IMG/VR virus record: IMGVR_UViG_3300045988_126062
Strand: one strand, 5' to 3'
From: a virus
DNA length: 64,000 bases
Part shown: piece after piece, positions 47,905-58,200 of the stretch
How the letters are laid out: the number at the start of each line of letters is the position of its first letter
How positions within the stretch are numbered: the stretch's first letter is position 1
Notes under the pieces: model-generated
Database searches by the model: none
What the model saw: only the letters and a program-made list of their open reading frames with translations
What the model was told of the DNA's origin: nothing
Made by a program: the position numbers and the translations under genes

Positions 47905-49143
47905 TTACTTTAATATAATCGGATGCCTCTTCCCTCTAATGAGTTTAAACTTTTTGCGTGAAACATCTTTTGAATTTTCTCCGTTGAAATCCCTGATATT
48001 GAAACTCCCTGATTTTCTCCTTCCATAAACAAAACATATTTTATTATTATACAACACTTTATCAAACAACCTAAAACCAAAAACCTCAAAAGGAGCTTGA
48101 TTGTTTTTCTTCTTTCCTCCTTTTAAAATTTTCATTTTATGTATTTGCCTATTATGCCTACGAATTAAACGTTTTAAATATTGACATCCGATTCGTTTCG
48201 CATTAATGTTCTTAGAAATGACAAACGCGTCGGATGTATGGGATTTTTCAATCCCGTATTTAATCCGATTATGTTTCGTAATGTAACCAAACGTCATAGA
48301 AACTCTGTCGTATCTGGATCTCAGTTCTTCATACAACTTCCATTTCATGATCCCCATTACGGCCGCGTCGCGGAGCGACGATCCCCGTTTGATCTTCAAA
48401 TCTATATTACCTTTATGGTATTCTTTGTGACAAGTTTCACATAAGGTAATAAGATTAGAAGGGGAATCACCTCCCGTTTTTCGGGATTCAAGATGATGGA
48501 CATTAAGGATCTTATCTTTTGACTTCCCTTTACAATACTGACATTTATGCCCATCCCTTGCTAAAACATACTCCCTTGTGTTCCAAAACTCAAGTTGATC
48601 ACCTTCCTGGTATTCTTTACCTAATATTTCAGGATTCTTAATCTTTTGAGTATCAAATTGAGCTACTTCAATAACAATACGAGATATTGGTAGTATAGAG
48701 CAAATATTTTCAATAACACGAATATGAGCGTCTACTTTGTATTTCACCGAAGGTGCTACCCATCCTGGACGCTTGCTTTTTATTCTATTATTGAAACGAG
48801 GTTTTCTATACCTCAACCTATTCCGTCTTGTTCTTCGTAGCTCCCTTCTGGTAGACAAAAGATCTACGATATCATTTCTAAGGATCACTTCACTACTGTA
48901 AAGTTCTTTGCTTTTCGTTGTAGCTGATAAACCAACATGTTTAGTACCAGCATCAACGCCTAACACGATTTCTTGTTTGTAATCAGATGTAACGTACATT
49001 AATTTGATGGTAAACGGACATAGGTTTACAACGATTGCCTTTTTGTCTTTAAGCAGTCTCCTTACCTTACCATGCCTCGTTGTAGGCATCATAGGTTTAC
49101 CATTTATATCCTGTACGTACACCATACTTACAAACGTTTTCAA
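47905..49143 (-). CDS. iscB: IscB RNA-guided nuclease, second copy (412 aa; about 90% identical to the copy at 18464; alternative start MVYVQ at 49122)
   Basis: Same PLMP, RuvC-I/II/III, bridge-helix and HNH motifs as copy 1; C-terminal ~25 aa diverge. Confidence 0.85.
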   Translation of the reverse strand: MKTFVSMVYVQDINGKPMMPTTRHGKVRRLLKDKKAIVVNLCPFTIKLMYVTSDYKQEIVLGVDAGTKHVGLSATTKSKELYSSEVILRNDIVDLLSTRRELRRTRRNRLRYRKPRFNNRIKSKRPGWVAPSVKYKVDAHIRVIENICSILPISRIVIEVAQFDTQKIKNPEILGKEYQEGDQLEFWNTREYVLARDGHKCQYCKGKSKDKILNVHHLESRKTGGDSPSNLITLCETCHKEYHKGNIDLKIKRGSSLRDAAVMGIMKWKLYEELRSRYDRVSMTFGYITKHNRIKYGIEKSHTSDAFVISKNINAKRIGCQYLKRLIRRHNRQIHKMKILKGGKKKNNQAPFEVFGFRLFDKVLYNNKICFVYGRRKSGSFNIRDFNGENSKDVSRKKFKLIRGKRHPIILK

Positions 49144-49368
49144 TGTTTATTCAACATAAGTCAGAGTAAAACTCTGTTAGTACCCATCGCCAATGTTATT
49201 TAAGGTTTTTCGTAAGCAACACTGTTTCGCAAATACACTACTCCTGTTTAATCACCCACCTTAGAGCTACAGACTTGGGCAAACATCCGTAGATAACTAT
49301 CTATTCTCAAATAACGTAGCCTTCGTTTCAAGGCTTAGGCTAATATCCGGACCATTTATGGTACATTA
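49144..49368 (-). ncRNA. IscB omega-RNA copy C (minus strand): scaffold 49345 down to 49144, guide-like segment ~49346-49368
   Basis: Reverse complement aligns with copies A and B; directly upstream of the iscB start. Confidence 0.65.
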
Positions 49369-49460
49369 AAACCTTATAATGAAATTATATTGTTTTAATG
49401 TTATTTCGGATATGAAAACAAATTCGCCACCGTATCTTTTATTAGCCAATTCTTCTACAG

Positions 49461-49688
49461 TCATAACCTATCTCCTCCTAATCCTGAATTGATGCTAACA
49501 TACTTAACACGGACATCACTTCCACGTCCAAGCTGACCCCAGCCGGGCGATGGCGTTCCCTTAGCCGGAGCAGGGACAGCCCTAAGCCGAGACCAGTCCT
49601 GCTTTTGCCTCATGGCTTCGGCCTCTTTGTAATACCGGTTACACAGTTCTTGATCTTCGTAACCAACGTAATCTTCCTTATTTTCCAT
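49461..49688 (-). CDS. Hypothetical protein (75 aa)
   Basis: ORF track; part GC-rich. Confidence 0.35.
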   Translation of the reverse strand: MENKEDYVGYEDQELCNRYYKEAEAMRQKQDWSRLRAVPAPAKGTPSPGWGQLGRGSDVRVKYVSINSGLGGDRL

Positions 49689-49705
49689 AAAAAATACTTT
49701 TTCAA

Positions 49706-49713
49706 CAAAAGTA
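49706..49713 (-). promoter_or_regulatory. Candidate -7 box TACTTTTG (TAnnTTTG) upstream of the ORF ending at 49688
   Basis: Motif read on the minus strand. Confidence 0.3.
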
Positions 49714-49754
49714 CGACATTCATGAATTAATTAGATTTAAAATAAAACAATATG

Positions 49755-49793
49755 AATTAAAATAAAAACCCGATACGTTAAAATCGCATCGGG
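49755..49793 (-). terminator. Minus-strand terminator: stem CCCGATGCG/CGTATCGGG then TTTTTATTTT
   Basis: Read in sequence. Confidence 0.45.
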
Positions 49794-50155
49794 CCTGGTA
49801 TTGGGAAAAATAGGTTCAGATCTTGGGTAAAGATTCGAGCCAATTTTTAACATCTTTATACTTAGGGTCTTTGTCTATTCTATCTTTCAGTTCATGCAAT
49901 GCTGAGTCCATAACCGTATTCGGTACGCCAATCAACTCTCCTATTAAATACAATGGGGTTTTATTCGATTTAGATTCGTGTGCTATATTCATGTCAAAAA
50001 AAAGTTATGTGAAACAAACCGGCCACGGGTATTCTATTGCCCGCCGACCGGTATAATATTTTTATTCCTTTTTTTCCAAACGGGAAAAACGGGAATGCGG
50101 GAATCATATTTTTTACTATGGCTCCCGCACCACCGGAAGGACCTGGATCTGGATC

Positions 50156-50449
50156 TCAGGTCAGATCCTTCCAGTTTATTTTTTCGCCGAGGTAATCTTG
50201 CACGGCAAGCCATCTTATAAAGGCTACTCCTTCGGGAGCATCCGGATCATCCAAATACATTAACGTAGCTTTCACCAACTCGTTCTCACATTTGAAGACC
50301 TTCGGAAAACCATCCGAATAGTACATTGCAAAGACATATTGGACATCGCCCCATGTCGCTTTATCCGGCTTCTTCGCTCCGCACTTTTCAAAAATATCTT
50401 TTATTTCCGGCTGCTTCCAGATCCTCTTGGATCCATCGACGTTGACCAT
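50156..50449 (-). CDS. Hypothetical protein (97 aa)
   Basis: ORF track. Confidence 0.45.
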   Translation of the reverse strand: MVNVDGSKRIWKQPEIKDIFEKCGAKKPDKATWGDVQYVFAMYYSDGFPKVFKCENELVKATLMYLDDPDAPEGVAFIRWLAVQDYLGEKINWKDLT

Positions 50450-50542
50450 CTTCTTTACCGCCTCATCAGCGAGAGCATTAGAAAAATGGTAGCCGTAAGT
50501 ATCTACATATTTCTGATAAGCTGGATCCTCTGCGTCTGCTCC

Positions 50543-50911
50543 TCAATAAGAACGACCTCTGCCACGTCCGCGACCTCTACGCATCTGAGGTCCGTCACCG
50601 TAGTATCTGTCGTCTCCATAGTAATCGGTCGGGTAGGATTCGTAACCCATCCTCCGGTATTCCCGGTCCTCCATTTCATGACGACGTTCGCGCTCTTCAA
50701 GCCTTCTTTCCCTTTCTTCCAGCTCGTTTTCGCGTTCTTCCATTTCCTTCATCTTCTCATGCATACCGTAATGGTCGTAAATACCACCACCGTACCCCAT
50801 GTACGTCCCATCAGAACGCCGGCTTCTGCCTCTGCCTCCACCTCGTCTGTCTTCTATCTCGTCATATCCAGGATATTCTCTGTGTCCTGAATTTAAATCA
50901 TATACTATCAT
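50543..50911 (-). CDS. Low-complexity RGG/RG-, Tyr-Gly- and Glu/Arg-rich protein (122 aa), disordered RNA-binding-like
   Basis: RGRGRGRGRSY, YGGG, ERERRLEERERR segments. Confidence 0.45.
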   Translation of the reverse strand: MIVYDLNSGHREYPGYDEIEDRRGGGRGRSRRSDGTYMGYGGGIYDHYGMHEKMKEMEERENELEERERRLEERERRHEMEDREYRRMGYESYPTDYYGDDRYYGDGPQMRRGRGRGRGRSY

Positions 50912-51248
50912 ATTACACTTATTTCAAACGTTTGCAGGGTGGAATATGGGTGTGTTTATTTCCTATAGAAGAGAAGTATTTTCAGAAAAATAAGAAGAGA
51001 TGAGTAAATATCACCATAGACTCATCTCTTAATCACTTTTTATTGTAATAAAATTCAAGCCATGTCACACAACTTGAATTTATATTTATCAATTATATCA
51101 TTCAAATCGCAATCTGATAAGTTGAACCATTCTCTGTATATCCCTTTGATATCAAATCTTGCATGAAGCTCGCTCTCTATATCTTTATTCACATAAGCTA
51201 TTAATGTTAAGTTATCTTCTACAATAGACAACCCAGATAGCCTTCTTT

Positions 51249-51728
51249 TTACATCAGAGCTTTACCTATTTTATAAAAACCATTATTATTATTTCTTATT
51301 ATATATGTAAAATATTTTATACATTTTTTATTATACCTATCGATAGATCTATGTATTATATCTAATACCCGATCGTCATTTTTAATATTACAACAATCAA
51401 ATATATCATAAATAAAATCTTTAAATAAAGATCTATCACACTTCATATAGATGATACACAGAATCGATTTGGGGAATAAATAATAGTCATGCCTAAATAC
51501 ATGACTATTATTATCTATTATTTGTTCTCCATTATTATCATATCTATATGATATATAATCTATTCCATCCTTAAAATTAAAAGATGATATTACATCCTTA
51601 ATCCAATGTTTAAAATCATACTTACATTCTAACAATTTATGAACATGTTTTGCGTCAATCATTTTTCTGTCGTTTATTAACACAAAAGGAATACAAGTAT
51701 TATCCATAATAAAAAAAAATAGGCCCAA
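51249..51728 (-). CDS. Hypothetical protein (159 aa) in an extremely AT-rich segment
   Basis: ORF track. Confidence 0.4.
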   Translation of the reverse strand: MGLFFFIMDNTCIPFVLINDRKMIDAKHVHKLLECKYDFKHWIKDVISSFNFKDGIDYISYRYDNNGEQIIDNNSHVFRHDYYLFPKSILCIIYMKCDRSLFKDFIYDIFDCCNIKNDDRVLDIIHRSIDRYNKKCIKYFTYIIRNNNNGFYKIGKALM

Positions 51729-52410
51729 AAGAGAATGTCAGATCCCACTATGACAAACCCTAATGAGCCAAAAATATCTTTCAACATCAAACAACCAGAG
51801 GTGGGATCTCGTTGTTCATTGTTTCTGGAGCAAAGATAGGAACAGGATTTTAAATAGCAAATATTTTAATACCTTTTAAATCAAACCAGGGCCCGCATCA
51901 CTGCGAGCCCTGATCTCTAAACTAATACCATGAAAAACTTAAACCCAAAAACTAAAGAACAAACAAATGTATGAAAATGTATGCTTTTCACAAAGAATCT
52001 GTATCCTGTTCTTTTGTGTGATTCAAGACATGGGATATAGTTCTGATACTTAATCCGGTTTGATTTTGTATCAGATTATAAATATAGGATTTTGAAACTA
52101 CAGTTCTTAATTGACCTAAATCATTCATAATGTTTTTATACATAAGATGAATGCTGTTGTTACGTTTGATGGTACTGATTCTCATTTCCTACTGTTATTA
52201 GTTACGTTCGGTTCTTACTTTTTCCTTATTCCCATAATCCCTTCCTGAAACTAATATCGCAAACTTAACAAAAATAATCCATAAACAATGAAAATATAAC
52301 TTTTCTTGTATGTTATTGATATACGTACATATATGAGAAAAGTGAGACTTTCACAAGCCTCACTTTCCAAATCGTAATTATGAAAAAACTATATTATATG
52401 TATACAAAAA

Positions 52411-54669
52411 TTACCTGCATTCCAATTTATTAAGATCATCCAATTCAGACTTGCTTACGGTCATATCTTGCGTCAAGCCAGATCTGTTTTGGTATGGAGC
52501 GTAATCGGTTTCTACCGTCTTAGCCTTCTGAGTAGAATCGTATTTCACCTCCGATTCGGTTCCTGTTAGATTTTGGTAGATAGAGCCGGAACTACTCTCG
52601 CTTACTTTAGACCATATCTTATTACCTACTCTTATAAAATTATCATAAATACCTTCTGCTGTTATAACACCATCTTGCTCTACGATATTAGAACCCGATT
52701 TTTCTTTTAACAAATACGGGTGCCTGGTGTAAAAATAGTGTTCAAAATCATTCCCAGCATACGAAGGGTCATACCTCTCCAAATAAAACAATTCTGATAA
52801 AGAAGGGTCGGTACTGGTCATGCTATAATCAAACAACATCAACCTGTCTTTTCCAGATAAAGATAATTCTATTGATTTCAAAATATCAGGATCATCAGAA
52901 ATAAGACCCAAAGATGGACCAGGTTTGAAGTCAAGATACTTATAGGCATTATCATATAATTTTGTTTTATGGAGTTTGTTGTCAAGGTAAGATTGGTATA
53001 AATCGAATAAGGATAATGGGTTTTCGCTATCTTGTTTTTTGTTCATGTATCGACTATACTCCCGATCCACATCCACGTAAGGAACGTCAAGTACCGCAGG
53101 GTGCCCAAACGCCATCCTGGTCATTATCATGTCCTCTGTGTTCTGAGAATCCATGAACGATCTGACGTATTTTTTAATGGAAGCCATGAGCGTATTATTA
53201 TCTACGTTCCGTACTTTCTCTTTATCCAAAACGCCGTTCTTAAAACAAGATTCAGGATATATTTTAGTAGAAAAATGAGTTAGGTTGTGCTTGGCTAATA
53301 CTGTTGATATTTGATACATCTCGTTAAGATCATCTTTGCTGATCCTTTGATATAGATTATCTCCTACCTTGAGCAATGAATGTTTCTCAAATGCCTCTAC
53401 TGGGTCTATATCGGATTCAGAATAAACGATATTCAAATTATCCATATACTCCGGCAATAATCCAAAATAATAGTCTGTACTATCACCAAGAACATCATCT
53501 ATAGAAGATGCCAGCGTTGGAGCATAATTTACATCATTATGCCTGGCCACATAAATATCAAGATCCAGCATCAAATTATCTATCTTATTCAAAGATTCTT
53601 CTGTGCCATCATAAGTTTCCGATGTCCCTATTATATCTATGCCAAACCACGTACAAGCCTCTTCTATATCCCATATCATGCTTCTTAAATCGGATTCGGT
53701 GTCGGCATTAGCCCTATGTAAATAAGCTGATATACGAGCTCTTAGGAACTCTATTTTGCCGGAATTGTAATAAGAAAGATCTTGTAGCTTAGACAAAGAT
53801 CTTCTCTTGCCTTCCACCACATCATCCCCTTCTATGTTTATTACCGGAATCTTATTCGTAGATGAGAACTCATCAAACATAGATTCGGCAAATTCTTTAT
53901 CAGAAACGAATTTCTCAACCAGTTCAGGATATGAATTTCTCAACGATTCAAAAGCAGATGAAAATTCAGAAAAGTTTTTTATGCCGGCTACTGTTTTACG
54001 CATAGCATAATAAAGCTCAGAAGGATTATATGGTACTTTTTTACCAAATTGGTTAAACACTCCCTCCTTGTAAACAATAGGACCATACTGATAGTCAATA
54101 GACATAAAATAATTATCTTTTTCCCTATCATGTTCGTTAATAGAAGAATCTATTAACTTTCTCATGGAAGTCGAAACCTCGTTTAAAACAGAAGGATCGG
54201 ATAAAATACGACTTATTTCTGTTTCATCATACAAACCGGATCTCCTTAATTTCTGCTCATTCAGTATCAAACTGCCATCTACATAAAAATCGAAGAGAAT
54301 AGCATTAGACAATGAAGACGCATTGAAAAAATAATGAGTAGACAAAAGGAAATCCCTTACATCCTTAACATCCTGAGCCGTTAAAGGATCAGCAAAATAA
54401 GTCTGACGCTTCATATACGACAGCACGTCTTCTAAAAGAGGTTCACCATTGGGATCGGTATTAAACATCTCTCCTGGAGCCGGGTTATTCCAATGACCGT
54501 AATACGACAAAAAACCAGGAGTGTAAGCCTTAGCCCATACCTGAAGAGCCCGCTCGCTGTTTCCTAATACTTTTAAAGCACTTTCGTAAAGAACGGAAGG
54601 CTCCCCGTTAGGAGCCTTAACCCGTTTTATTTTATTTTCCTTCTTTTCTATCTGACATTTGACACCCAT
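52411..54669 (-). CDS. Large hypothetical protein (752 aa), probably a virion component
   Basis: Long ORF in the minus-strand module. Confidence 0.65.
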   Translation of the reverse strand: MGVKCQIEKKENKIKRVKAPNGEPSVLYESALKVLGNSERALQVWAKAYTPGFLSYYGHWNNPAPGEMFNTDPNGEPLLEDVLSYMKRQTYFADPLTAQDVKDVRDFLLSTHYFFNASSLSNAILFDFYVDGSLILNEQKLRRSGLYDETEISRILSDPSVLNEVSTSMRKLIDSSINEHDREKDNYFMSIDYQYGPIVYKEGVFNQFGKKVPYNPSELYYAMRKTVAGIKNFSEFSSAFESLRNSYPELVEKFVSDKEFAESMFDEFSSTNKIPVINIEGDDVVEGKRRSLSKLQDLSYYNSGKIEFLRARISAYLHRANADTESDLRSMIWDIEEACTWFGIDIIGTSETYDGTEESLNKIDNLMLDLDIYVARHNDVNYAPTLASSIDDVLGDSTDYYFGLLPEYMDNLNIVYSESDIDPVEAFEKHSLLKVGDNLYQRISKDDLNEMYQISTVLAKHNLTHFSTKIYPESCFKNGVLDKEKVRNVDNNTLMASIKKYVRSFMDSQNTEDMIMTRMAFGHPAVLDVPYVDVDREYSRYMNKKQDSENPLSLFDLYQSYLDNKLHKTKLYDNAYKYLDFKPGPSLGLISDDPDILKSIELSLSGKDRLMLFDYSMTSTDPSLSELFYLERYDPSYAGNDFEHYFYTRHPYLLKEKSGSNIVEQDGVITAEGIYDNFIRVGNKIWSKVSESSSGSIYQNLTGTESEVKYDSTQKAKTVETDYAPYQNRSGLTQDMTVSKSELDDLNKLECR

Positions 54670-54686
54670 AATAATTAACTTTTTTG

Positions 54687-54694
54687 CAAAGTTA
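54687..54694 (-). promoter_or_regulatory. Candidate -7 box TAACTTTG (TAnnTTTG) 17 nt upstream of the 752-aa gene start
   Basis: Motif read on the minus strand. Confidence 0.3.
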
Positions 54695-54757
54695 ATTATA
54701 AAACTGATTTATACAATGACGGATCCCAAACTCCTTCTATATAAATCTCCGGAAAAC

Positions 54758-55234
54758 TCAAACTGCCATCACGAAGAGTGGTGACTTCCAAGCTGGGATG
54801 TTGAAAACAGTACTGGTACTACCAAACTCACCATTCAACTTGATAGCATTTCCGCTGTTATTAGCCTCATAATAAAAATAACAATAATTTTCATTAATGC
54901 TTGGATCATATTCGTACCAATATGTTAGATCTTGTATATGGTCTTCTATATTACCAATTTTGTTTTCACCTAATATAAAAATACCATTATTGCTATGATG
55001 ATAAACCATAGATTCATAACCACCATAATTCCAATTACTATTAAACATTATGTAACTAACATCGGAATCATGATCTTTTAATACAGGCCCTATATGTATA
55101 TGAATTTTATTAAACTGACATACATAAGGTCTTTTTCCTCCAAGCCTTTTTATATCTTCATTGGATAACTTATTATAACATCCTCCCACGAAATTATCCG
55201 CAGCATTAAAAAATCTCCTTCTCATACTCAACAC
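54758..55234 (-). CDS. Hypothetical protein (158 aa)
   Basis: ORF track; 7-nt overlap with the upstream giant gene (translational coupling). Confidence 0.5.
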   Translation of the reverse strand: MLSMRRRFFNAADNFVGGCYNKLSNEDIKRLGGKRPYVCQFNKIHIHIGPVLKDHDSDVSYIMFNSNWNYGGYESMVYHHSNNGIFILGENKIGNIEDHIQDLTYWYEYDPSINENYCYFYYEANNSGNAIKLNGEFGSTSTVFNIPAWKSPLFVMAV

Positions 55235-58200
55235 TCCTTATTTAACTCATTTATCGAATCCGAATTATCAGAACCTTCTACGAGATTCTTATTCCTATCT
55301 ATCTCTTCCTGGCTCATATTACTCATCATATTTTGTATTTTTCTACCAGATTGAGATAAAGAACGGATGAATGCGCTGGAACTTATCTTAACTCCAAGAT
55401 CCGGTTTTGCCCTAAACGCTTCACCGGTACTGATATTATACAAATCATACACACCTGAGTTCATATAGAATTTATATATCCAGTTTCCACCAGCTTTTTT
55501 GTACCCTAATTTGGTTAACTCGACTACACTCATACCAAATTTAATGCCATTACGACCCATTATCTTCTCCGGTATAGGTTCTACCTTAGCCGGAACAGAT
55601 GTATATGCTTCATCGCCGCCGTACAGGAAATAAGGGGTTGTCACCCTTGATATGTGAGTAAGCGACTCTTCGGATATACGAGGTTCGTCTTTCGCAGCCT
55701 TAGATCCTTTCCTTAGATTGGATATTCTAATAAAAGGATCGTATGTCAAAAAGGTTAAGCCGTATTCTACTTTATAACCTGATACGCCGTTAAGGTCCCT
55801 TATAGCCTTAGTCGTATGCGAGTGATTGATGGTGTCTATACCATACCTTGATTCCATATCGGTCATAATACTATTAACCTCATCTCCCTCTACATAAACC
55901 TCTTCTCCTTCCGGGATAGAGGTTATGCCGGCAGCCCTTCTAAGTAGCCATAAAGTAACTTCAGCAATGTCAGAGAACTTATCTCCGTTCTTCCTATAGT
56001 TATCTACTCTTCCTTCTTCAGATCCAGGTAATTCGACATTTCTTTCAACTTCGACATTTGTTCTGGATTGTCCTTTGCCTTCTCCATCTCCCTTTTTATC
56101 GCCATCTTCCTCAGTGCGTACTGCACCGCCTTCTGCACTTCCTTCTTTTCCATCATTTAAAATATTATCTGATTCTGACTCTATAGACTCCACGACAGCA
56201 TCATACTCTGGTATGCCGCTAAGGAAATCTGCTACGTTATTCAAAAACTCTATTTTTTCCTCGTTTGTCATATCAAGGCTTTCCACGGGCCCCCATATGG
56301 CGGGCAAGTTGTTTGATTTTATTACAGTAGAAACATCTTCTATAGTTTGGTTGTCCACCGTAGGCAAAACTTTAGAAACCAAACTATTGATATCAGATTC
56401 CATTTTTTCTACTTCCTCTTTTGTGCCATATTCTTTTAGGGTATCCATGCCATTGACTCTAAGAGAATAATTCAAAGCCTTGCTTGGAACAAAATTAATA
56501 TATTTCAAAAAGTTTTTCAACTCTGATATAATTTGTTCGTCAGATCTTGGCCCAACATAATCCTCGACTACCTGATCTGTTTGAGAACGAAGCCAAGAAA
56601 CGTATTCTTCTAAAGTCTTACCACCTTTACCGGAAGGAGTGGATATTTTATCACCTACTGTTCCTTTAGGTTCTAATCCCATTTCCTCCTTAAGGCTTTT
56701 AGGATTACCTCTCTCACGAAGAAACCTCAAATCACCTCCTACAATCTTCCTTGCTATAAAATCAAAAATATTAGCATAAGGCGGCAATCCCTCTTTTTCT
56801 ATATGAGATTCTATTTCGTTTAACATAAGAGAGAAGTTTTTCCTGGAGGTACGCTTCTTGCCAGGTAAAGACTGCGCATCTTGTGCCGCAGGAGCCGGCT
56901 GAGCTAATGGCGCCGGCTGAGTCTCCCGGGCAGCCCCTTCCTCTGGCATTTCCTCTTCATAAACTTCCACATCTTCTACCTTAGAAGTAACGGTCTTACC
57001 CTCATCAGAGAAAGGAAGATCATCCTCTATAAGCGATTTAGGTCTGGAAGATGATTTGCCAAACTGAATCCTGATCTTAGGAGCGACAAACATCTCACCT
57101 TCGAAATCTATTCCAGATTCTACTTCAGACGTCACAATGTCTTTCACATTCCTGCTTTCATCTTCTACCCACTTAACAACATCAGGAACCGTAGATAATT
57201 TTTCTATAGCCTCACGAGCTTTTCTAAGCCCTGAAATAGGATTCAAATACGATACTTGATACGAAGCCGGATCAAGACCTAACTTGGTTAGATACGCATT
57301 AAGATCTTGTATGTCATCTTGACCCATCTGTAGCAATTCAGAATCACCAGATTCAAGCAGCATATCTATAAAAGACATCCATTTCTGCCCTTCCTCTGAT
57401 TCTACAGAACGTAGGCTAACTGGGAAAAGATAATTAAGACCGTTTTTACCTTTGATGACGACTACCGGAACTCTTACATTTTTGTAATTATTCCCCTTGT
57501 CATTTAATATAGAATAAGCAAATGGGAAGCCTGTGTATTTAGATCCGTTCTTAAGCACGACTTTGCCATTTAATACATATCCAACATCAGATACTTTTTC
57601 AGCACCTTTTTCGGTAATGGGGAGATTTTCTACCTGGCCATATCCTTGACCGTTCACCTTCATGTTAAACACCGGTCTTCCGGGAAGGGTCTGGGCAACA
57701 ACATGCGTGCCGACGCCGATGGTAGCCGACCGGCCGGCGTCCTTCTTCCACTTGTTAAAAGCCGTTCTTCTTATTTTACTTATACCATCTATGCCCCCTG
57801 TGTCAGCTTTTACAACAGAAACGAATCGGTTCCCACTCATGACCTTGATAACCATATTGGACACCAGTTTATTCTCAGCAGATTCTATTCTTTTTTTATC
57901 GCCGGACTGAACAGCATCATTGTATTCGGTAAAAAGAGACTGATTGTAGGTATCATTTACATCTATTTCGAGATTAACCTTATCTCCTTTTTTCAAAAAA
58001 GATAATGCTTCCTGATCTATTTTATCTACTTCATTCTCTCCGAATCCGACACCTGTTCTGTACGGAACCAACTCATCTGAATCAAGACGCTTATAAACCA
58101 AAGAATATGAATTACCCACGTCCTGAATAGACACGTCTGTGTAACGGTTAAGAACACGAGCCGATTCTTTGTCTATAGACCATCTCGCATGATAAGGCAG

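Noticed and set aside
49823-50220. ORFs 49823..50056 and 49978..50220 (+)
   Set aside because: Short, overlapping, on the opposite strand to the surrounding minus-strand genes, in a region containing terminator-like palindromes; more likely non-coding.
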